Origin: Chrysomallon squamiferum
Lineage: Eukaryota > Animalia > Mollusca
Direction: 5' to 3'
Length of the DNA stretch: 64,000 nt
Assembly (NCBI GenBank): GCA_012295275.1
Contig: CM022673.1
Location: 4,402,001 to 4,466,000, forward strand
The translations under genes and the position numbers were made by a program. Under the pieces are notes generated by a model. That model did no database searches. It was not told where the DNA came from and saw nothing but the letters and a program-made list of their open reading frames with translations. Every line of letters starts with the position of its first letter. Position 1 is the stretch's first letter. This document shows positions 11,958-25,000 of this stretch, piece by piece.

Positions 11958-14900
11958 TAGGGCCTACACATATGTGGAAATATTTACTTTTTGCACATTT
12001 TTAATTTTGTCTTTTATAATTATTATTATTATGTATGTCTTCTTGATGAGTCTTTAAAATCTGTTTCAGATTTATCTATTCTTCCTATTCCTATGTTGCT
12101 GGACAATTATGCCTATCTCATCACTGACAAATCAACCAATACCTCAGTTATCATTGATCCAGGTGATCCCGAACCAGTATTGGTATAAACATTAATGTTT
12201 CATATAATTATACACTGATAACTGCATAGCTTTGATTCATTATTTCAATAAGATATTTAATTCACAGGTGGTTTCTTTAAATTAAAGAATGATTTCTCAT
12301 ATTAATGTACCAAAAATAATTTTTAAACAAAATATGATTAGTTGTAATAAGTGCTAAAAAATTAGTTTTTCCCTATCAAAATTCTGACTGCTTCCTGTCT
12401 TGCAGTGTTAATGAAATATAAAAACAAAGATTTTAACAGCTGATAATTAATAACATTACAATAAACAATAATATTATTGTTTTGTTACCAGTACGTTGAC
12501 CGTGTTTTACCTTAAATTAGAATATAATGAAATTTGTTCCAATTCTCAACCATTTCAGCAAATTCTGGATGAAAAAGAAATAACTCCAGAAGCACTGTTA
12601 ATTACACACAAACACTGGTGAGATTTGACTTTGTGTATTCCAATATATTAGTTAATGTGTTAAAGATTCTTCATGTAATGGAACTTTTAATATGGTACCA
12701 TATCTTTATGAATGGTGTTTTTACCATTTATATTTACACATAAATATTTACCTTCAAGGATATGCATAGTATTATAGTTAAATAATTGTGACACGCATAA
12801 CTTAAAAAATACTAACAATAATAACATAGAATTTATATTGCTACTAATATTATTACATTTTGATCTATCATTATTTTAAACTGTATACATACAATATGCT
12901 GGTGTTTTGAAATATTTCTTGCAGGGATCACAGTGGAGGAAATGAAGTTATGAAACAAAGATACAGAAATATAAGAATATATGGAGGAGCAATGGATCAC
13001 GTGCCAAATATAACACAGTATGTTGTTTTTGAAACATAGACTAAGTATTCCTTGTATGAATAAAAAACTGTATCACATTCAGAATTTATTTTTGATTTTG
13101 TAATCATTGTACATAACACAGAATCCATTTGTATTTCATATTTAGGTTGCTTAAATTATATTTTTAGTAATTTTTGTATAAAATTAATTTATGTACACTG
13201 AATTATCTGAAAATTATCAGTATTTCCTCTGCTTTGAAAAAGGTCATGGATTTTTAAGGTTTTTGGATAAGGGATACTTATCTAATATAAGCATTTGTAA
13301 TTTATTCTTCAACTATCAAAACTACATGTGTAATTACATTTAAAATATCTTCAGTACTTTTAGTTATTACTCATCAAGATGAGTTCTGTCATCATCATAG
13401 ATACATGCCATGCACTTTGATAAATTAGACATCACTGAAATATTTAAACATCCATTGTTTTCCATTAACAGTTCATACACAAAAGAGAAATTTAATAATA
13501 TTTTCCAGAGTATTTAACCAAAGCTACAAGTATTATATACAAATTTAAAAAGATGCTATATATTAGAAATATAAACCAAATAACAAGTGAATTTCTAATT
13601 TTCTAATGACATAATTACAGAATAGACATATCAAATCTGAATATAAATGTGTATGAAAAAAGATACTGAGGAATGCTCGTTTGTACTTTCCTATGCCAGA
13701 GCAGCTGTGCTTCTGGACATTTTGGTCTCATTAGCATACATTTGTTTTTTACATTTTTTAATAATTTGTAACTGTAATTTTCATCACTAATAAAGAGATT
13801 AATGTTAATTAAATAGTTTTTGTGTAATATTTTATAAATCTTTATTTCAGTCCTGTCGCTGATGGCGATACTCTGACATTTGGAAATTTAAGTTTTCAAG
13901 CTATATTCACGCCAGGTCACACAGTCGGCCATATTGTCTATCTCCTGGATGGCAGTCCTTTTGGTGCACCCACTTCATTATTTTCTGGAGATCACATTTT
14001 TCTCTCAGGATGTGGTGAATATATTTATTTCTTTACTATGTTTCCATAAATAATTTAAAATGTATGCCATCTGTATTATTAATGATCCAATCACATATTA
14101 TTACATAAACAGACGTGTCATTTTGAACATTTTCGTAAAAATAATTTGGACGGTAACAAAAAGGATGTCTGACATGCTTAAACTATGCTAGCAATAATAT
14201 GGAAATTTATTTTTAATCAGTGCCAAAAACTATCATCTATTCAATTTTCGATTACAAATATAAAGTTATAATTAAGTAAGACACTTTATATATTATTATA
14301 TTGTGTTTGGAAAAAAAAAGTAATAAATAAGCCTGAGGGAGAGTAATGGTGGGATTTTTTTGTGTATGTGGTTTTTAGGTGTTAATTTATTATTTAGATA
14401 TCATTTATAAAGTGTGAGTTTATTTTTCACAGGTAGAATGTTTGAAGGTTCACCAAGCACCATGTTACGATCATTAGATAAAATCTGTGACCTGGATGAT
14501 GATGTTTTGATTTGGCCAGGTACGTTTAAGTTGTTCTGTAACACACTTCTGAATTAAAACTAGCACAGACAAAATACTAAAAAGACTTAGTTACCATAAA
14601 AAGAAATGGAAAACTTGCATTTTTATAATAATTTAGTTTTTGTATTTTACAAAATCTTCATTATAATACAGTGAAAAAATATTCTTTTTGTATTTACAGG
14701 TCATGAATATGCACGTGATAATCTGGAATTTTCATTACATCTGGAAAAGGATAATTATGATGCCATGGTAATTTAAATTTAATTACGAATTGTGTCAACT
14801 GGATTTCTTTGTAAATTATTTCTAAACATATTATTTTATTAGTTTTTAATGTATGAAGGGTTCATTCTTCCTTTTTCTCTCTCTCTCTGTCTGTGTTTCT

Positions 14901-15909
14901 CTCACTTTTTTCACTAACTCAAATGTCATTATCTCATACTTCATAGAATAATTAAAATTTTCATACAGAATAAAAAACCATTACTTTTACAGTGTTAAAA
15001 TATATATATACAAAGGGTATACCACTGAAAATAATGTTATTAAAATCTTATATAAAAACATATTTACAGATACAGATATATCTAAAACACTGATTTGGGT
15101 GCATTGTTATATGATCCATTCTCTGAACTTATATTCATTAACAATCTATTGCTCTTCCTAAATATACTTATCAGTCTAAAAATATTTATGTACATTTTGA
15201 AGAAAGTAAATTCTTCTTCCTGTGTGAAATAAATTTTATTATTAGGAAAGGTTAATCTTAAATACAAATCAGGCAATTTATTGAAAGTTTATAAAAAAAA
15301 TATTGAAAATGTTTAATATTTAACTCTAAATAACAATAAATAATTTTGTATGTTTTTATTCTTCTTAAACAGGAAAAATTTGAATGGGTCAAAAATCAGC
15401 GAAATCATAAATTACCTACAGTAAGTAGTTTTCTAAAAACAAATTTAATAAATACTTTTCTCTTATAAACATTTAACTCTATGTTTTTATAAATATCTTC
15501 ACACACACACACACACAAAAACATCATTTGTAAAAATAAATACTGAAAAAAAATTGTTTATTTATTTACTGATTTAAATAGTATATATATATGCATGTAT
15601 ATTGATGGTAATGGTTATAAATAAATATCTAATGTTGTTTTTTTGGTAAATTTTATTTCCAATAATGTCTTAAAATTTATTCATAAATTTTCTGTTACCT
15701 CTATCCAGTGTCCATCCACAATCGGTGAGGAAAAGAAATACAACCCATTTCTGCGAACCAGTGAAGAATCTCTTCTTCATGCCATTGGCATCTGCGAACC
15801 AGACAAATTACTTGGCACTGACCATTCCACAGAAACAGCCTTCGAGATTCGATCCCGAGCGCTGGCGGAAGTGCGGAGCAGAAAAGACATGTTCAAATAC
15901 AAGCTCTGA
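11261..15909 (+). CDS. PNKD: PNKD-like (MR-1) metallo-beta-lactamase-fold hydrolase, glyoxalase II/HAGH family, ~346 aa, 10 exons
   Basis: Exons 11261-11349, 11627-11745, 12070-12182, 12559-12617, 12925-13017, 13851-14014, 14433-14519, 14700-14767, 15373-15420 and 15709-15909 total 1041 nt in frame. Motifs: FQIGYFLYARTRIGYWY (PNKD-specific N-terminal block), DNYAYLI, THKHWDHSGGN (HxHxDH metal site), TPGHTVGH, LFSGDHIFLSGCGRMFEG, WPGHEY, CPSTIGEEKKYNPFLR. Confidence 0.93.
11464..11539. repeat. (CT)n microsatellite in PNKD intron 1
   Basis: Direct inspection. Confidence 0.97.
11915..11955. repeat. (AC)n microsatellite in PNKD intron 2
   Basis: Direct inspection. Confidence 0.97.
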
Positions 15910-17560
15910 TTTTTACTTTTAATATGCAGTTGACTGCAATGGTGTTTTTCTCACAGGCTGTTTTTACTATTTTTTTATACGTTTTGCATGTACTAGAATG
16001 GACACATTTATAAATTATGGGTATGTAAATTTGGCATTGTAAATCTGAATAACAGATCAGATAGGATATTATGTAGTCTGATGATACTAATTTATATTTC
16101 TTTAATGTTACCTGTGTGAGATTTAGGACAGGCAGCTGGAGATGGTTCTAAAAGATAAAAAGTAAATTTAACAGAAATCAAGAAGATTATTTATTATAGT
16201 GTCTTAATATATCTGCATTCAAGTTTCCAGAAGATTATTTCATTCTTAAGCTATCCTTTGGTGATACAGAGAAATAATTTCTACATTGTTCCAAGTTATA
16301 TTTTATTTGATATTTTGCTATCTAATGTTAATTAATGAAATTCATAATCACCCAGGACAACTTGAAAATACCTGAAAATAATGTAGCTAACAGAATGCCA
16401 TGTACACATTACCATAACACCTCTTAGGGTAAATGTTGACATTTATATGTTTCTTAACAGTATCAGTTTATTGTAATACTTCATTGTGAGCAATGACAGG
16501 TCACCAAAACAGTAAAATAATAACATTTACTCATGCCACCAAATGTACACATTACAAAAAACGAGAGTAATAATTAGCTTCAGTGTTATTAACAAAAGTT
16601 GACAAAAAAAACCCAACATGTTTTATTAATATTATTATTATTACTACGACAACTACTAAAATTATTATTTTATTATTATTAAAAAGTAACAAAAATTAAT
16701 CCATGAAATAAAAATTGAAGTCACCTTAAAGAAAAAAAGAATTAAAAAAAAAATATGTCATAAAATATTCGGCAGCCTATTTAAATATCTATGAAGGGAA
16801 CATACTGATAACTGTTGAAAGAAGTTATCTCTGGAAATTGCCGGTTCTTACATATCTGACAACCAGAGGAGGAGAATCTCTTTTAAAATATGTGCCCAAC
16901 TTATCTTTTATAGCATTTGAATTTTTAGCACAAATGTATCTCTTTTTTTGTTTGTTTTCATATCATTGTCATCCTTATGATTTTACTGATGTTTTAATTT
17001 ACAGATTCATTATATAATTAACACGTTGTTCATTTGTTTTTATTTAGTCTAGATCATGTGAAGCACAAGTCACTGATTCATTTTTTACAAAAAGAATATT
17101 TTATTTTACTTAATCCATCGTGTGTTGTTTGTATTGAATGTTATTATATAGAATGAGAATTTTGTAATAAAAGTTAAATCTTTTAGGTTTTAGTGTTTCA
17201 TTTTTCATACATTTTGGGCATATTATTTGTAATAATTAAGGTGATGATATTATTATCATTAATTGTTGTTATTATTATTATTATTATTAAGGAAATTGTT
17301 TTGTAAAATATTTTATTTTTATCTATATACATATATGAAAGGGTTTTCAAAGGTTTCTTTTAACTTTGTTATTTTGAAGCCTAATAATTTTTCCAAATTT
17401 TAATTGTATTCAGGATGTTTGTTTGTTTTGGGGGGTTTTTGTTGTTGTTTTTTTGTTTCTTGCTTTCTTCTTTTCTTTTCTTTTCATTTTTTTTTTTTTT
17501 TTTCTTTTTTTATTATTTATTTATTGACAAGTATGTATCACTCAGCAAATAAAACCCCAA

Positions 17561-17563
<3 letters not shown>

Positions 17564-17631
<68 letters not shown>
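17564..17631. repeat. (CT)n microsatellite
   Basis: Direct inspection. Confidence 0.97.
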
Positions 17632-17637
<6 letters not shown>

Positions 17638-17861
17638 GAATATCGATTTGTCGTTTTTGTTTTGACCCTTCGTTACAACACAATACAATGACGTCATAAA
17701 ACCGAACGTATCTAAAATTATTCAGTTATATGTAAATTAAAATGGATATTACTGACAATCTGGATCGCGAGAGGAAAATGGTAAATTGTCAATATTTTAA
17801 ATATTTAGATAAATATGCACGTTACAGATGACATTAAAGCTGATTAAAATAAGACTGTTCC

Positions 17862-18102
17862 CAGTGGCAGAGGTCTGGTGATGCCCGGGGCCAACTCCTT
17901 GATTGTTTGCCCCAAAAGACTCAAGTATAAGGCTTAGTAGTGAGAAATATTATGAGAAAGAAAGATATTTTGAATATGTAAACACCGATGAAACATAAAA
18001 TAAACACTTTATTCGATTTAAATGTAAATCAGCCAAATTTATTCAATTATTGTCTCTGATTTGGATGCCCCAGGGCCACCACCCTCCCTCTGCACGCCAC
18101 TA
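17862..18102. mobile_element. MITE-like non-autonomous DNA transposon remnant (~240 bp)
   Basis: The left end cagtggc(----)agagg and right end cctctgcacgccact are imperfect inverted termini of the CAGTGGCG...CGCCACTG type. A subterminal direct repeat gatgccc(g/c)(g/a)gggcca occurs at both ends around an AT-rich core. No clear target-site duplication. Confidence 0.55.
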
Positions 18103-18589
18103 TACTCATTATTGACATTAATTACATTATAAATAATTTTTTAAAAACTTAATTTATTAGTAATCCGCAAATGCGGTGGTTGTTTAGTTTTATATAGTTT
18201 CTTCCGAGGTTTAATTACTCTGTAATATATATGACAGATCGCGACATCTACGTGAAATAAAATAATTATATTTTAAAAAGAAAATAACTCAAATATGTTT
18301 TCCCCAGAATGTCCTTAAATTTGTATTTACTTTTAAACTTAAATTACTTTAATAAAACAAATTCTTATTCAATTAATATAATTATGACAAATGTGCATAA
18401 TTAAAATTTGATCCGAAAGAGATTTATGTTTAAAAGTATCTTCTTAATTTTTTTAATATCCTGAAGTCTGAAAGAAAACATCTGTGACAATAAGTTGAAT
18501 AACAAAACAGAACAAACAAAAACCATTTTAAAAATCGTTCCCATTCTTTTCTTCTTTTAGTTTTTCTTTTTCTTTCTTTCTTTCTTTCT

Positions 18590-18790
18590 TTTTGGCAACG
18601 TTAGCTAGACGGGTATTACGTGCCGAGTTTGAGGTAAGGTAGATTTATAATCGTGATTTTCCGCCAAATTATATGTTATCATTCTGATTTTTCGGACCGT
18701 TCATTCACGGAAAAATACGAGTATTGACGAACTTTAAATCCGGGTTCTCGGAGAAAGAATATGGCTGCCGCCAGCAAGTGTAATGATGGA
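18590..18790 (+). promoter_or_regulatory. Probable LRRFIP core promoter/5' region with YY1-like motif
   Basis: A CpG-containing patch lies 300-500 bp upstream of the ATG. AATATGGCTGCCGCC at 18758-18772 fits the YY1 consensus AANATGGC, which is commonly found just downstream of housekeeping TSSs. Confidence 0.45.
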
Positions 18791-19088
18791 TGTCAAGAAT
18801 ATAATTTCTCTGTGTTTTCTTCGTGTTACTTAAAGTACCAAATATGTTTTTAGTATTTTATTTGTGACGTTAATAACACGATTCTTCAATATTATTATCA
18901 ATTCTGTTATCGGTTTTCGAAAAATTATGAACTTTGATGTGCTGGTTTATTGAGGGGTGGATGCTCAAATCTTAAACACTTCAGTGACTCTCAACATTGT
19001 TTTGCACGGCAGTTGCACGTACGAAATAATATACATTTATATTATGAAATAAAATTCTCTTTGGATTATTGTCCATATTTCTGTCAAA

Positions 19089-22000
19089 ATGAGTAGTAGT
19101 GACAGACGACGCCGAAGTAACATTCGGCAGTATTCTGCAGAAGATCAAGCCCTCAATCAAATATCAAAGGAGGTGGGTATTGATAAGAATATTCTAATTG
19201 AAATCCTTATTTATATATATATATATTATTTTTTATCTGTACTTTTAGCTCAAATTAAGACTGTGTTTTAACACTAAAATATTTTAAGTATACTATCTTT
19301 GCCATTAACTGAAATGAAAACAAATCAAACAATGTGAATTTTTGATTTTGTAACACTAACAGTTAATGTTTTGTTGTTTTTTTTCACACGTTTTCTGTTT
19401 ACAAATTTCCACCATCACAACATAGAACAACAAAAACAGAAATAAGTTTACAGCTGAGGAATAAAATATCCTTACGTTTGTTTTTAATATATAATATAGT
19501 GTATTAGTCCATACCTTTACCGAAACTGGACGAAATGTCCCAACAAAGGAGTGTTAGTCATTGTAAACAACATAGAAAGCAATTACACTCCTGTAAGTAT
19601 TGAGCTAAATGGATCATATAGTAAATAAATATCCACATAATATTTGAAAAAAATAAAAATAAATAAATAAATAAATATTTATCTCCCAAATCATAAAAAC
19701 TTTTATAGTATACACAGAAACATATGCTTTGTTCTGATGTCCAGTAAATGTCTGGTGAGTTTGCGAATCTTGCCAGAACTTACTGAATAGTCAGCCACAC
19801 TACTACGCATGACTTGGCATGAGAGAAAATATGAAAAGTTGTAGAGGTTAAGAAGTGTTTCAGTTTTTCTAATGTAGGGAATTGACCTGTGCATAAGATC
19901 TATATTTCATATACAGCTTATACAAATAGCCTGCAGGATTTAATTTACAATGTTTTAATAATTTTGTGCACAAAATAAAGTTGGTTTATGCAAAACAATC
20001 TGAAAACTATATCCCCATTTCGGCTGCTCAGAAAATGTTTTGTATTTAAAGAGCATGATTCTAGATAATAATTGTGATAAAACATTTTATTTTTTGTCAT
20101 CATTATTAAAAATAGTGAAACAGTTTTTTTTCAAGTTGAATCAGTGATCAATATATTTGTAATAGTTGCATCAAATTTAATTACATTCTAATTTCTGTTA
20201 ATAAAAATCAATAACAAGTAAGAAATATGTACTGTTTGAAATAAAATTTGTGACACAGCTTACAAGACATTTAACAAGATTCTTAAAATAATTATGTTCT
20301 GTCTTTGTGTGTGGTTCAAAAATTTAATAGCCAGGAGCATTCCACCTGATATATCTTCTGTTTATGAAATGGAAGTGTACAGAAAATCAGATAAATGTAC
20401 CTGTCCAAAGATCAGTTATTTGACCGTTTTGTCCCCATCTGTGGCAGGTGTTCTTTGCATAAAATTATACACAACTCGCTGACAGAATGCTCTGTATCAG
20501 TGATTGTTTTAAATCCCTTGTGAAAAACTTACAGACAGAAATATCACTTGTTTTTATATTATAATTTATATACATACATGCATACATGTGAAGAAAATGC
20601 CTTGATTCATTTTAAGTAGATCAATATAGGCAGACAGGGACTAAAATTATTTATCTGCTATATATATATACAGACATGATTTTTAGAAATTCAATATGTC
20701 ATTTATCCTTTAACCTTAGCAAATGACATTTATTTTTTTTAACTGTATTGTTTAATTTTTAGATTTATTTATTTATTTATTTCTATTTTTTTAATTATTA
20801 TTTTTGTCATTTTGTAAAATGTTGAAAATTTACGACGACTGAAGATAAATATACTGACAACAAATAATTATATCTAAGTGTATGGTACGTGTATTTTCGT
20901 ATGGGATATCCAGTGAAGTAAATGCCTGTATTACTGTTACCACGTGGTGAGCAGCCAGTCATTGCAGAGTGTTTGGCCTTAACATGAGGTGCCACCACTT
21001 TGTAGTTTATTGACTTCCTGTCTTTGATTAGCCCAGCCCGTTGAGTCAGATGGGAAAAAGTATACATGCACTAGTGCCACACATGCACAGGCACTATGTG
21101 TGTGTATTTATATGTCTGCGTGTGTGGGTGTTTGTGTGAGTATGTGTTACAACAAAATACACTAATATAATCAGTTCATGATTAATATATTCATATATTC
21201 ATAAGCATAAATGCAAAGTTATTTGTATATGCTCATGTTATGAGATGATTTTAAATTACCTTGAAATTGTATACATACATGAAATCTATATAACATGTAC
21301 ACAGTTATTTAGATCAGACAGATGTGCCCAGACTGTAGATAGGGACACTAGGTCAGATCTACACTGTAATATATTAATGGAAAATTGGTTGGAAATTGGT
21401 TGGCCTTCATGACCTAAAGCCTTCCAGTTCTAGATTGTTATCAATGGTTTTCAGCCAGTAATGAGAAAATATCAGTCTGTTACCTTGAGACGTAAGTTAT
21501 ATGACTGTAGAACCTCGATAAATAGTATTTTTTCTGTCAGTATGTACGTGCTGAAGTTCACGATAAATCCCACAGATGCCAGGTCTGATTATTAACTATA
21601 CAGGCATCCTGTATTACTAGTGTGTTAATAATATTCACTATATACACAGACATACATCTCTTCCAGATTTTCTATGAATACTAATTTTGTATAGGTGGTG
21701 TTGCTTTTGCGATCTGATTAAGTAATTGTTAATACTTTATAAAATAAATGAATTTTTGATTAATAACACTTTACAGCATTTTATTAGTAAGTGATTATAG
21801 TCGTTAAATAATGATACGAAAATGAAAATCAGCTAACAGCACTTCAGGTTACTGTTATTGATTAGAAGCAAGAAATCTTTCATTTTTTTTAACACTTTGT
21901 ACCTCTAGGGAAACTCATTTCATCATATTTGATACAGTCAGAAGATGAAAATGGAAATGAGTGCACTAGCAAAAATTAATTATATATATATATATATATA

Positions 22001-25000
22001 TTTATTTATAAGCAGAACCTGGAAGACTGACCATAATACTAGTAATAAATAATAATAATAATTTTGCACACACACACACACACACACACATATACATATA
22101 TACATTTTATAAATAGAAATTGTATTTAACATAGTTATTATGAACCATGACATTTTCTTTAATACCAATAACATACAGTTAAAGTACTTAGCACACATGC
22201 AGTATATTTAAGTCTGAATAACTGCAGACAAAATAGAGTGTATCTGTATATATAATAGTTTACAAGATAAAATCCTGCTTACTCATGCTGCAGGATAATA
22301 GACACACAAGCTCACATAGATACATTATGGGATAAGTGCTTTAACATGTTGCTGATTACAGATGTATTTAGGTTCTCCAATTATGATCTCCAATGCCGTC
22401 AGATAACAGTTTAACATGTGAACATGTAAATAATCATCAACAAGATGTTTGTTACTTGACTAGAAGCACACTGTTTCATCAAGCACACCAGAAAATGTGC
22501 ATAGTTTTTTTAAAAGACATTTTTATTAACCATGCATTCAAGTTTTGGATAGAAAACATAGAGAACAGTTTAAAAAAAAACAACCAATGTGATGTTTTAA
22601 ATTATCTGTATTTAGTGGTTATTACACTAAAACATAAAGGCACATGTATACACACACACAGCACACATGCACACGCACGCACACACAACACACACACAAA
22701 CACTCATATTTATTATAATCATAAATATTTGCCAGAATATTTTTTGTTTGCTGTCAGTATGAACTTGATAAGGTGCGTACATCCTGATACAGTTGTTATA
22801 ACTGATCACCTGCCAGCTAATCTTGTGTGCTTGCTGTTACATTTTATAAATCACTGAAAAAAAAGAGTTAAAAATCCCCAAGGTAACATTTATATTATTA
22901 TTTAAATTTATCTGATAATAACTTTCATTTTAATGCAGAAATTGTATTCTGTATTCATTCACACACACAAATAATTTTAATACAGTCTTGAAATAATATA
23001 AGTAAGATTTATTTACTGTGTTTTAATGTAGTTTACTTCTCTTGTTACTGGCTGAATATTCTGAAGTTTAAAATATATATGACTCTCTTACGCATACCAG
23101 TTGAAAATTAATCTCAAATTCTATATAATGCTGTGTAGCATTATTATATTTATTATGTAATATGTATTATTATTTATTATTATTCAGTTTTAAGATTTAA
23201 AATCAATGATGTTACAATTATTAGTGTTAAGTTTATTCATATCACTTGATATTCATCCTTATGCTAATGCCTTAATATGCAGCATAATATCATTAACAGT
23301 TACTGTTACAGTTATTGTTGTTATCTGTTTTAAATCAACAACAGTAAATAGTATTTCTAGACCCTGATTTACACATCACTCATGTCTGATGTCAGCAGAT
23401 TGCAGTTACCCTAAACACAGATATATAAAACTGGGATAGGTTATCTGACTGATTTTGTCAAAGCTGTCCAGGTATGTCTCTTGTCAGCAGAGGTCAGATC
23501 AGATCATGCTACTCTGATGGATTATCTTGTGTGTCCTTTAGCTTATAGTACACCAACAGTGTAAAAATAATATGTACTGTTGTACTTATGAGCTACTGTC
23601 ATTTTATCTCAGTACAAGGTGAACATGATGTGATGATGTTCAGTTCAAATACTGATGTAATTCATATCCTTGGAGATGGTTTTGCATATGTTTATTCTTT
23701 GTTAACTTACAGTATCTGTGGTTTTATTTTTAAAGGTGAAAATGAACTGATATAATTTTTTTCATGTTGTTACTGTATTTATTTTGGGTTTTTTTGTCTT
23801 ATCTTTTCTTTTCTTTTTCTTGCTTTTTTTCCCTCCGTTTTAAATGTAATAATTCAGTACTGTTTAGATATATGTGCTTTGCATAGATCCCTGCTTTGTT
23901 TTCAACCAAGTTTGTATCAGTCACTTTAAAAAATACCAGAATGCAAGATAAAAATTGAGTTACTGTTCATATTTCATTTATGCTTTGTTATTATTACCTT
24001 ATGCAAATTTGTGTTTTACAAACTTACAAGCTTCATTTATTTATTTTTTATTACTATATGTGTGTGTATGATGTACATGTCAATAATTCAATTACATTTT
24101 CTAGAAAAAATCAACAGCTAGGGCTGATAATAATTTTCTGAAGTAAATTATTCTACTCTGTTGAAGAAAAATATTTATTTTATCTAATCTTAATTTTTCT
24201 TTCCAAATCAAATAATAAATGTGTTTAGACATTATTGTTGTGGCAAGGTGCAACTACATGATCATACTCACATTCTTTTGTTTTAAATAAATACATGCAC
24301 TTGATATTGTTCTGAACCTCAGTAGGGCAAACATTATGTCAAGGCACACATGTGCATGTAATGTAACACACTGACATTCTCCACAAGTGGGAATACTTTT
24401 TGTTTGTATGTAGAACATGTCAACAAGATCCCAGCTGTTTACCCAGAACAAATTTATTTCATTTGACAAAACCATCAAATAAAGTACATAGATTCTTCTC
24501 TTTTTAATTTATTCTTAAATTTTTCTTTCTTTTTTTTCATTCTTTATTATTTATTTATTTATTTGTTTGTTTCTTTTTTCAAACATTTGTGAAAAAATAA
24601 CACATCTGGGGCTTTTGTGTGTGTGTGTGTGTGTTTGCATGTTCTTTGATTCAGAGTTTATCTAGTAAATACCTGAGATTTCTGACTTAGGAAATGTCAA
24701 CATGAGGATGGAGTAGACATGTACATGCTACATTCAGTGTGTGTATAACTGTGTCACAGCAGCCATTTTATTCTTTTGTTCTTACTCTGCCAGTATCCTG
24801 ACATTTGTAATCATTCTTTTAAAGCAGTCACGGACACACAGCAGACCAATGGGCTAATTTCATGTTTAATTTCATGAGGGAAATAACATAAATATAATTT
24901 TTATTTTAATAATAAAGTCTGCATAGTGGTGAACCATGTTTCATTCAGCCTGCTTCTTGGAAAAGGTTGCCCATGTGTGTTATAAAGCATCTGCAACAGG

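Noticed and set aside
18761-18853. 30-codon ORF starting ATGGCTGCCGCC as an alternative LRRFIP start
   Set aside because: It ends at a stop well before 19089 with no convincing splice into the LRRFIP frame. It is better explained as a YY1-like motif or at most a uORF.
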